NCBI GenBank assembly: GCA_964453035.1
Contig: CAYVOX010000001.1
Location: forward strand, 1,849 to 65,848
Origin: an uncultured Anaerolineaceae bacterium
Lineage (GTDB): Bacteria; Chloroflexota; Anaerolineae; Anaerolineales; Anaerolineaceae
Reading direction: 5' to 3'
Length of the DNA stretch: 64,000 bases
This document shows positions 37,514 to 45,533 of the stretch, piece by piece (positions within the stretch are counted from its first letter, which is position 1; every line of letters begins with the position of its first letter). Position numbers and translations under genes: made by a program. Under the pieces are notes generated by a model. It searched no databases, was not told the origin of the DNA, and saw only the letters and a list, made by a program, of their open reading frames with translations.

Positions 37514-38563
37514 TTATTGCTGGCGCGTCAACCGGCGCCGAACGCCGTCCATCAGCAGCACAAAAATCACCAGCGAGCCCTGCAGCACGCCCGCCAGCGC
37601 CGAATCCAGCCGCAGCACAACCGGCAACTGGATGCTGCCGATGTTCAATGCCGCAAAGAACAGAGCTACCGGCGCAATCCACAGCGCCTGGTAATTAACC
37701 AGCATCGCCACCAGCATCCCCAGGAACCCGTATCCCGAAGAAATAGATGGTATCAACCGGTGAAACACGCCCGTCACCTGAATTGTCCCGGCCAATCCCG
37801 CCAGCGCCCCACAGATTAAAAACGCCGTCAGCATATAACGCGCAGTTGGGATTCCCATCAGCGCCGAGGCTCTCGGATTTAACCCAACCGCTTTAAGCCG
37901 CAGGCCAAAATAAGTGTTCCCCAGCAAAATGGTGATGACCACCAGGCATAAAATACCAATCAGAAGCGACCACGGGCTTAAATCATACCCTTCAAAAGTA
38001 GGCAGCCAGAATTGCGATTTGAACTGGTCCGTACCGCTCATCGAGCCGATTCCCGGGCGCTTCCACGGGCCAAAAATCAACCAGATGGTCAGCGCAGTTG
38101 CCACAAAATTCATCCCCAGCCCGCCGAAGATTTCGCTTACCCCGCCGTAAATCTTCAGTAGACCCACAATGCCCGCCCAAAGCGCCCCACCAGCTGCCCC
38201 TGCCAGAAACGCACCGATTAATATCAAAACAGGTGGTAAATCTGTGTTCTGCAAAGAGCGAATCAACCAGTAAGAAAAGATGGCTCCCAGCGTGATTTGC
38301 CCCTCAATGCCAATATTCCACAGCCCCGCAGTGAACGTCGCAAGCAGCCCCGCCGAAACCAGCAGCAGCGGAATCCAGGCGCTCACCACCAGCATCATCT
38401 TGATATCTGACCCAACCGCCCCCTTGAGAATATTCTCGTAGGCCTCAACTGGCTGCGCGTTGGTGATGAGCAGCACCACAGTGGTAAAACCCAGCGCCAG
38501 CACCACTGCCAGCACCCTGAACAGGATATCCATCGAAGTACGCTTGTTCTTGGCAGTCATCAT
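37514..38563 (-). CDS. ABC transporter permease (BMP/nucleoside-type, first permease)
   Basis: Polytopic protein. ATG 38563 lies 4 nt after the ATPase stop; the alternative start at 38584 overlaps that gene. Confidence 0.8.
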   Translation of the reverse strand: MMTAKNKRTSMDILFRVLAVVLALGFTTVVLLITNAQPVEAYENILKGAVGSDIKMMLVVSAWIPLLLVSAGLLATFTAGLWNIGIEGQITLGAIFSYWLIRSLQNTDLPPVLILIGAFLAGAAGGALWAGIVGLLKIYGGVSEIFGGLGMNFVATALTIWLIFGPWKRPGIGSMSGTDQFKSQFWLPTFEGYDLSPWSLLIGILCLVVITILLGNTYFGLRLKAVGLNPRASALMGIPTARYMLTAFLICGALAGLAGTIQVTGVFHRLIPSISSGYGFLGMLVAMLVNYQALWIAPVALFFAALNIGSIQLPVVLRLDSALAGVLQGSLVIFVLLMDGVRRRLTRQQ

Positions 38564-38567
38564 CGGC

Positions 38568-40031
38568 TCACAACCCTTTCCCACCGATCATTAAACCCAA
38601 CTGGTCTACGGTCGTCGTAACTGAATCAATCGGCTGGGAGACTTTCCCGCCAAAAAACACCAGGATCCGGTCGCTGTAATGCAACACCTCTTCCAAATCC
38701 GAAGAAATAAATACAATGGTCGCGCCCTGGTGACAGCGTTCCTTCAGCTTTCCCCAGATCCAGATGGTCGATTCAATATCCAATCCGCGCGTGGGATGCT
38801 CCAGCAGCAATAAATTCAGCGGATCGCGCAGCAGTGCCAGAAGTGCCCGCTGCTGGTTGCCCCCCGAAAGAGCCTCAATCTTCGATTCAGGGGTCCCTCG
38901 GATTGAAAATCCCTTGATCCGTTCTTCAGCCAGCGCCCTGGCCTTGCTGCGGTTGATAAAAAAGCCCGCTTGCTTTTCAGCCAGGATGAAATGCTCACTC
39001 AACGACAAACCTGTCACCAAACCCTCCTCCAGCCGCGCTGCAGGAACATACGCAATGCCAGCATCCTTAAATTGCCGGTAAGGTTTTCCGGCCAGGTTTT
39101 TGCCATTGAACACCAGTTGCCCGCTCACCGGGCGCATCAACCCACCCAGCATGCGTAAAAATTGGCGCTGCCCCGAGCCCTCCATCCCCGCCAGGCCAAC
39201 AACTTCTCCCCTGCGGAGGGTAAGGTTTACCTTTTTAATCCTCAGCCGGAAGTCCTCAACCGCGATATCCTCCAGCTGTAAAAAGCTGCCTTCATGGCGG
39301 GCGTCATCCCGCCCCTCTTTTGCCACTACCTTGCCGAACATCATCTCAACCAGTACTTCCGTTGAATATGGTGGAACAGCCTCGCCCACCAACCTCCCGC
39401 ACTGGAACACCGCCACCCGGTGGCACAGTCCTTCCACCTCCTCCAGTTTATGCGAGACGAAAATCACCGTCATGCCTTGCTCCGCCAGCTTCACCAGGGT
39501 TGCAAACAGGCTTTCTTTCTGTATTGCGCTGATACCCGTCGTCGGCTCATCCAGGATCAGCACCTTTGCCCCCATCCACAACAACCGTAGAATTTCAAGC
39601 TGCTGGCGCTCGCCCACCGTCAGCGCATCAACATAAGCCTCAGGGTCAATCTCAAACCCAAACTTCGCCTGCAGGGACCTGAACTCACCCGCCGCATTCT
39701 TCCGGTTTGGGAACATCCCCCCGCTGGCCCCGATGATGAAATTATCCAGCACCTTCATCGGCGGAAAGTCTAGTGGATCCTGGTGCAGCATCCCAATTCC
39801 GTACCTTAGCGCCTGCGCGGGATTTTGTAGCTTAACCGCTTCCCCATTCAACAGGATTTGCCCCTCATCCGCATGGATGAATCCCGAGAGGACCTTCATC
39901 AACGTGCTTTTACCCGCCCCATTTTCTCCCAGGATGCCCTGAATGGTGCCCGCAGGGATGACCAGGGAAATATCATTGTTTGCGTGAACTTTTCCAAACC
40001 GTTTGTGGATATGCCTCAGTTCAACATCCAT
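38568..40031 (-). CDS. ABC transporter ATP-binding protein with duplicated ATPase domains
   Basis: ATG 40031 is preceded by AGGTG. Walker A GENGAGKST, signature sequences LTVGERQ and LSGGNQQ, Walker B LILDEPT and LLLEHPT. Confidence 0.85.
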   Translation of the reverse strand: MDVELRHIHKRFGKVHANNDISLVIPAGTIQGILGENGAGKSTLMKVLSGFIHADEGQILLNGEAVKLQNPAQALRYGIGMLHQDPLDFPPMKVLDNFIIGASGGMFPNRKNAAGEFRSLQAKFGFEIDPEAYVDALTVGERQQLEILRLLWMGAKVLILDEPTTGISAIQKESLFATLVKLAEQGMTVIFVSHKLEEVEGLCHRVAVFQCGRLVGEAVPPYSTEVLVEMMFGKVVAKEGRDDARHEGSFLQLEDIAVEDFRLRIKKVNLTLRRGEVVGLAGMEGSGQRQFLRMLGGLMRPVSGQLVFNGKNLAGKPYRQFKDAGIAYVPAARLEEGLVTGLSLSEHFILAEKQAGFFINRSKARALAEERIKGFSIRGTPESKIEALSGGNQQRALLALLRDPLNLLLLEHPTRGLDIESTIWIWGKLKERCHQGATIVFISSDLEEVLHYSDRILVFFGGKVSQPIDSVTTTVDQLGLMIGGKGL

Positions 40032-40081
40032 GCTGTTAGCACCTGTCTTTTTATAACAACGGGATTCACTCAAGAGATACC

Positions 40082-40130
40082 AGGCACGGGGTTTGTCTTA
40101 CGCCATTATCCGGCTGCAAACCCCGTGCTT
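40082..40130 (-). other. Intercistronic stem-loop between the binding-protein and ATPase genes
   Basis: GCACGGGGTTTG (40084-95) / CAAACCCCGTGC (40117-28) forms a perfect 12-bp stem with a 21-nt loop. No T tract follows on the minus strand. It could be an mRNA stabiliser or a partial attenuator. Confidence 0.5.
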
Positions 40131-40165
40131 AAGTTACTCAATCCTCATCGGAAAGGTCAATCGCG

Positions 40166-41485
40166 CTATTTTTCTACGCTCTGGCCTTCCATGCCAGCCA
40201 GCAGTTGTGGCAGGTACCAAACCTTGAGATCGTTGCCTACTTCCTTATCTTTCAGGAAGACGTCGCCATTCTGCAGCTTGATTTCGCCAGTCCACAGGTT
40301 CAAACCGCCAGCCAGTTCAGCAATGAACTTGTCAACATTTGCGCCCGCATCCTTTGAAAGCGCAGCGCCCTTGTTGAAACCAATCATGCTGGTTTCAAGG
40401 CTGTTAATGTTCTTCCAATCCGGACCCAGGAAGTCAAACGTGGGTTTGTAGGTGCCGTCCATGATGGCCTTGAGGTAAGTCACGTAGCTCGGACCCCAGT
40501 TAAAGTATGGAACGCCCAGGCAGACCTTTTCAGCTTCCTTGCAGGCTTCACGATAATCATACGGGATGGCCCAAACCTCTTTACCCCCTGCGGCGGCTTT
40601 ATTGGCCTGTACCAGGGCTTCGGTGGTGTCAATGCCCGAGATGACCACATCGTGACCGCTGTTGATGAATTCATTCGCAACGGTCGTCGGGTCGGAGGTA
40701 AAGCCGGGGATATTGAACCAGAAACCAATCCATGTCACCTTGAACTTCAAATCTTCGGCTTTCTTTCCGGCGTATTTCGTCCAGCAATACTTGGCGCCCA
40801 GGTAAGCTGAAGCCGCCAGCCGCCGCGTTTCGTCATTGATCAACGGACCAAGGTAGCCCAATTTGCCAGTTTTGGTGGTCAGGGCAGCCGCGCAGCCGGC
40901 AATCATCTTGCCGATTTCCATCCGACCCATCACGTTGGTCATGTTGGGCAGGTTCTTGTAATCCTTGCCTTCTTTCCAGGCGCTATCACCAGAAGCATGA
41001 ATGACGATAATATCCTTGTGCTTCTGGGCAAATTCGATGGCGTCCGCTTTCATGTCATCCGAGTTGAAGATGATAACCTTGGCGCCTTTCGAAAGCAAAT
41101 CCTCAGCCAGTTGAACGCCTGTAACGCCTTTGCGGTCGGCGGAGTTGACCTTATCAATATAAAGCATCTTCGCGCCGGGCAGCTTTGCCTCAACGTAAAT
41201 GCCGGCGTCGTAGTGCGCCTGGCTCCAACCCCGATCATTGTAGGGGCCAACCATCAGCAGGCCAAAGATTAATTCTTTCGGCTTTGCCGTAGGGGCAACA
41301 GTCGGTTTTGCCGTCGGTGCTGCGGTGGCAGGCACAGCCGTCGGGGCTTTCGTGGGTTCTTTTGTGGGGGGGATTGCAGTCGCAGGTACTGCGGTGGGGG
41401 CAACCGTTGGGGTTGCGCAAGAGGCTAACAAAACGCTCAAAACAACAACCAGGCTGACAATCAGCCAACCAGTCTTCTTAAACAT
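40166..41485 (-). CDS. BMP-family (PnrA/Med-like) ABC substrate-binding lipoprotein
   Basis: ATG 41485 follows GGAGGAG. Signal peptide plus lipobox (LLASC), a Thr/Pro/Ala linker, then a BMP fold (GPYNDRGWSQ...). Confidence 0.85.
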   Translation of the reverse strand: MFKKTGWLIVSLVVVLSVLLASCATPTVAPTAVPATAIPPTKEPTKAPTAVPATAAPTAKPTVAPTAKPKELIFGLLMVGPYNDRGWSQAHYDAGIYVEAKLPGAKMLYIDKVNSADRKGVTGVQLAEDLLSKGAKVIIFNSDDMKADAIEFAQKHKDIIVIHASGDSAWKEGKDYKNLPNMTNVMGRMEIGKMIAGCAAALTTKTGKLGYLGPLINDETRRLAASAYLGAKYCWTKYAGKKAEDLKFKVTWIGFWFNIPGFTSDPTTVANEFINSGHDVVISGIDTTEALVQANKAAAGGKEVWAIPYDYREACKEAEKVCLGVPYFNWGPSYVTYLKAIMDGTYKPTFDFLGPDWKNINSLETSMIGFNKGAALSKDAGANVDKFIAELAGGLNLWTGEIKLQNGDVFLKDKEVGNDLKVWYLPQLLAGMEGQSVEK

Positions 41486-41701
41486 TTCTCCTCCTTGGAA
41501 CTTGAACAATGGATTGGTTAAGACGATATCAGTATTTCTGTACTGAAACTGTCGATGACGAGGGCCTCCTTTCCTAATAACCGCCAGGCTTACGCCAATT
41601 CGAATGGCGCTCCATGCTCCGCGCCGCCAATCTCACTATTTTACACCAATCTTTGTATTTGTTCAGACAACTTCAAGAACTCATCGAGCAGGAGAAAATG
41701 T

Positions 41702-41738
41702 CTCCCGCAGACTCATTATACAACTGAGTCTGCGGGAG
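41702..41738 (-). terminator. Intrinsic terminator after carbamate kinase
   Basis: On the minus strand, CTCCCGCAGACTCA / TGAGTCTGCGGGAG forms a perfect 14-bp stem with a 9-nt loop, followed by ACATTTTCT. Confidence 0.7.
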
Positions 41739-41753
41739 GAGTCTTCAAACCCT

Positions 41754-42704
41754 TTATGAATGACTGATCCAGGTGCCGGTCTCGCCGCGCATCGCCCGCC
41801 CGATATTTTCCGGGTTGGTGATCAGCGCCTGTTTGCCGCCAGCCTCCAGGAAGCGCAAAATGGCCTGGATTTTTGGCAGCATGCTGCCCTTGGCAAAATG
41901 CCCTTCCGCCAGGTACGCTTTGGCTTCATCCATCGTCATCTTGCTCAGCCACTGTTGATTCGGCTTGTTGAAGTTGATGGCTACCTTCTCCACCGCGGTG
42001 CTGATGACGAACAGGTCAGCTTTGATCATCGTAGCCAGCAGAGACGAGCCAAAATCCTTGTCAATCACCGCCTCAACACCCTTCAGGCTGCCGTCTTCCT
42101 CCTCGATCACGGGAATACCGCCGCCGCCCACGCCGATGACCACAAACCCGGCTTTGATGAGCGTATCGATAGCGTCTGCTTCCACAATCCGTTGCGGGAT
42201 CGGAGAAGCCACCACGCGGCGCCAACCGCGCCCGGCATCCTCCACCACCACCCAACCCTCTTTCTCAGCGCGCATTTTTGCCGTATGCTCATCCATGAAC
42301 GAGCCAATGGGCTTGGTGGGATGTTCAAAAGCCTTATCGTGGCGGTCAACCACGGTCTGGGTGACAACCGCAGCCACTTCTTTACGCAAGCCACGCTTCA
42401 AAAAGATGTTGTAAAGCGCCCGGTCAAACATATACCCGATCGAGCCCTGCGTATCCGCCCCGCAATAATCCAACGGAACTTCATGCAGTTCATGAACGGA
42501 TAACTCCGATCGCCGGTGAATAAAGCCCACCTGCGGGCCATTGCCGTGCGTCACAACCACATCCCAGCCCGCCTCAATCATATCCGCGATATGATTCATT
42601 GATTCCACTGCGGCATCGTACTGGTCTGGAATGGTCTTTCGTTTTTCGTCTTTAATCAGCGAGTTACCGCCAACTGCTACGACTGCAACACCTTTTTTCT
42701 TCAT
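41754..42704 (-). CDS. arcC: Carbamate kinase
   Basis: 316 aa. AVVAVGGNSL, VTHGNGPQVG and GGGGIPV motifs. Confidence 0.9.
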   Translation of the reverse strand: MKKKGVAVVAVGGNSLIKDEKRKTIPDQYDAAVESMNHIADMIEAGWDVVVTHGNGPQVGFIHRRSELSVHELHEVPLDYCGADTQGSIGYMFDRALYNIFLKRGLRKEVAAVVTQTVVDRHDKAFEHPTKPIGSFMDEHTAKMRAEKEGWVVVEDAGRGWRRVVASPIPQRIVEADAIDTLIKAGFVVIGVGGGGIPVIEEEDGSLKGVEAVIDKDFGSSLLATMIKADLFVISTAVEKVAINFNKPNQQWLSKMTMDEAKAYLAEGHFAKGSMLPKIQAILRFLEAGGKQALITNPENIGRAMRGETGTWISHS

Positions 42705-42757
42705 ACATCCTTCTCCATAATCTTTTGTTGAAATGCCCGTGTATGTATACCCCGGGA

Positions 42758-43738
42758 TTATCCCATCGTCAATGCCATCACCGCTTTTTGAGCGTGCAGG
42801 CGGTTTTCAGCCTCATCATAAACAATCGACTGCAACCCGTCAATCACCTCATCGGTCACTTCGATATTCCGGTCAGCCGGCAGGGGATGCATATAAATGG
42901 CGTCTTCTTTCGCCAGTCTCATGCGCCGTTCATCTGTGATCCAGCTCGAATAGCGTTTGATAATCTCCGCGCCTTCCTTCTCATCCGCAGTGTGCACCAT
43001 CGCCCCCCACGACTTGGCATAGATGATATCCGCATCCTTGAAAGCCTCGTCCATATCCGTTACCACCTCAAACCCGGTGTTGAACTTCCGCGCCTGTTCG
43101 CGCGCCTGGTCCATGATGTCTGGCATCAGGCGAAACTCCGGCGGGTGCGCCAGCACCACATCCATGCCAAAACGCGGCATCTGCAAGATTAGAGATTGCG
43201 GAACCGACATCGGCTTTTGATACGAGGCGGCATAAGCCCAGGATACCACCATCTTCTTCCGCCTCAAATCCCGTCCCTTTTTCTCGATGATCGCCATCAA
43301 ATCTGCCAGGCACTGGAATGGATGATAAACATCGCATTGCATATTGAGCACCGGTACCCGCGAATACTTTGCCACTTCATTCAAATATCCGTTGCCCTTG
43401 CCCCAGTCCACATGCCGGATAGCGATCCCGTCATAATACCGTCCCAGGATCTCGCCAATCTCCTTTGCCGTGTCGCCGTGCGAGATTTGCGTCGTGCGCG
43501 ACTCGATGAACGCCGCGTGCCCGCCTAGTTGAGCCATTCCAGCCTCAAACGATCCGCGCGTCCGCGTGCTGCTGAAGAAAAACAACATTGCCAGCACCTT
43601 ATCCCGCAGATAGGCGTGCGGTTCATTCAACGCCCGCTTTCTTTTCAGGTCAAATGCCACATCCAGCACGGTCTCAACTTCTTCCCGGCTAAAATCCAGG
43701 TCACCAATTAAATCACGACCATGTAAAAAAGTTTGCAT
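42758..43738 (-). CDS. YgeW-type (knotted) carbamoyltransferase
   Basis: 326 aa. STRTR, MQCDVYHPFQCLADL, KKMVVSWAYAASYQKPMSVPQS, RFGMDVVLAHP, FKDADIIYAKSW and IYMHPLPADR track the E. coli YgeW sequence (from memory) block by block. Confidence 0.8.
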   Translation of the reverse strand: MQTFLHGRDLIGDLDFSREEVETVLDVAFDLKRKRALNEPHAYLRDKVLAMLFFFSSTRTRGSFEAGMAQLGGHAAFIESRTTQISHGDTAKEIGEILGRYYDGIAIRHVDWGKGNGYLNEVAKYSRVPVLNMQCDVYHPFQCLADLMAIIEKKGRDLRRKKMVVSWAYAASYQKPMSVPQSLILQMPRFGMDVVLAHPPEFRLMPDIMDQAREQARKFNTGFEVVTDMDEAFKDADIIYAKSWGAMVHTADEKEGAEIIKRYSSWITDERRMRLAKEDAIYMHPLPADRNIEVTDEVIDGLQSIVYDEAENRLHAQKAVMALTMG

Positions 43739-43762
43739 TTTGCTCTCCTTTTGAAAATTTCC

Positions 43763-44716
43763 TTATTCCACGGCGCCTAGCACCAGCGCCAGCAGCGCCA
43801 TACGCATCACCACGCCGTTGAAAGCCTCCTGCCAGTAACGCGACCAGCGCGTGATATCCACATCCACCGGAATTTCATCCATGCGCGGCAGCGAGTGCAG
43901 CAAAATTGCATCGGACTTGGCTTTCGTCGCCAGCAGCTCGCGCGTAATCTTGTAATTCGCCGGGGTTAAACCGGCATCACCCTTGCGCTCATCGCGCGAT
44001 TTAGTGTAGTCCGGTTGCACCACCGGCTCAACCAGGATGACATCCGCTTCGCCAATCGCCTGTTCAACATGATCCGCCTCTTTAAAGTCAAGGCTGTACT
44101 GGCGCAGGTCGGCCTTGAATTCTTCGGTCAGGGACATCCCTTCCGGCGCCACGTAGGTGATCGGGCAGTCGAACTGGGTGAGCGCATAGGAAAGCGAATG
44201 CATCGTCCGCATGCGCATATCACCAACCGCCAGCCACTTCAGCCCATCAATGCGCCCTTTTTCGCGTAGCACGGTGTAGAGGTCTGTCAGAATCTGGGTG
44301 GGATGCTCGCCCCAGCCGTCTCCGCCGTTGATGACCGGGATACTGGCCCATTTTGCCGCCTCGTGCGGCGCCCCCTGCTGGAAGTGCCGCATGACGATGA
44401 CATCGCCGTAAAATTCCAGCATCTTAACCGTATCCTTGATGGATTCCTGGTAAAAATCACCCGCCCGGGTCATCTTCGCATCCGAAAACCCCGTCACGTG
44501 CCCGCCCAGGCGGTGCATTGCCGCCTCATGCGCCAGCCGCGTGCGCGTGCTCGGCTGATAAAATGCCGTCACCAGCGTTTTCTCCTTCAACATGTCGCTG
44601 TTCCGACGGTTACGCGCAATCGGCTCCAGCATTTCAGCGATCTCAAAGACTCTGAAAAACTCCTGCCGTTCAAAATCCCTCAACGATAGGATATCTCTTC
44701 CGGCAAAACTACGCAT
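43763..44716 (-). CDS. Aspartate-carbamoyltransferase-like (PyrB-like) catalytic chain, divergent acceptor-site residues
   Basis: 317 aa. STRTR, GEHPTQ, GDMRMRTMHS, HSLPRMDEI and the C-terminal NGVVMRMALLALVLG are ATCase-like. The KGE (80s loop) and RVQKER regions read RAGDFYQES and EPVVQPD instead. Confidence 0.75.
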   Translation of the reverse strand: MRSFAGRDILSLRDFERQEFFRVFEIAEMLEPIARNRRNSDMLKEKTLVTAFYQPSTRTRLAHEAAMHRLGGHVTGFSDAKMTRAGDFYQESIKDTVKMLEFYGDVIVMRHFQQGAPHEAAKWASIPVINGGDGWGEHPTQILTDLYTVLREKGRIDGLKWLAVGDMRMRTMHSLSYALTQFDCPITYVAPEGMSLTEEFKADLRQYSLDFKEADHVEQAIGEADVILVEPVVQPDYTKSRDERKGDAGLTPANYKITRELLATKAKSDAILLHSLPRMDEIPVDVDITRWSRYWQEAFNGVVMRMALLALVLGAVE

Positions 44717-44749
44717 AGGCCACCTCCATCATCAAAATAGGATAAGAAA

Positions 44750-45508
44750 TTAATCCCGCGTCTCTTTTCCCACCCGGCGCACCACGTGAAAGCGGAAATA
44801 ACCGGGTAGAAAGTACGACAGCGAGTAGTCCACAATTTTTCCCGTCGCATCATTTAACTGCGATTCGAACATCAACAACACATCTCCCCGCTGAATTTGC
44901 AGCGCTCGCGCAATTTCCGGTGATGCCGCCGCCGCCTGGATGTGGGCAATCGAATTCTCCAGCTCCGGTGTTTCGCGCTTAAGCAGCAAATCCAGAACCG
45001 AGCCGGTGAAACCCTCCTGCAGTTCTGATGTCGTCAACACATCCTGCGGTAGCACGTCCACCAGGTACGCCACCGGGCGCTTTTCTGCCATGATGACCCG
45101 CACCACCTTCACAACAACCACCCCTTCATTTACACCCAGTTTCCGTGCTGTGTTCCGATCAGCGGTGGTTTGCTCAATGTGGTGATCGCCCATCGCAACA
45201 TCCAGTTGAATCTTGCGCGCCAGTGTTTCAATGCTTTGCAGAACCTCCAGCCCGCTCTCGATGACCTGCGTATGCTTTACCACAAACGTCCCTACCCCTT
45301 GCCGCCTTCGGATGAGCCCCTGCCCCTCAAACGAGCGCATCGCCTCCCGCAGCGTCGCCCGCGAAACGCCCAACATCTTTGCCAGTTCCGGTTCAGCCAT
45401 TAACCGCTCACCCGGCTTGCTTTCCGCGATGATTTTAGCCAGCACATCCTGCAGCCGCTCATAAGGATGGCTCCCTGTTTGTTTTGATGATGTCTCCTGA
45501 CGCCTCAT
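44750..45508 (-). CDS. GntR-family regulator, HutC subfamily (UTRA effector domain)
   Basis: ATG 45508 follows GAGGCTAAGG. Winged HTH (LMAEPELAKMLGVSRATLREAMRSFEGQGLIRRRQGVGTFV) and a UTRA-like C-terminal domain. The TTG at 45541 would overlap the upstream gene. Confidence 0.85.
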   Translation of the reverse strand: MRRQETSSKQTGSHPYERLQDVLAKIIAESKPGERLMAEPELAKMLGVSRATLREAMRSFEGQGLIRRRQGVGTFVVKHTQVIESGLEVLQSIETLARKIQLDVAMGDHHIEQTTADRNTARKLGVNEGVVVVKVVRVIMAEKRPVAYLVDVLPQDVLTTSELQEGFTGSVLDLLLKRETPELENSIAHIQAAAASPEIARALQIQRGDVLLMFESQLNDATGKIVDYSLSYFLPGYFRFHVVRRVGKETRD

Positions 45509-45533
45509 AACCTTAGCCTCTAGTTTCCACCCC

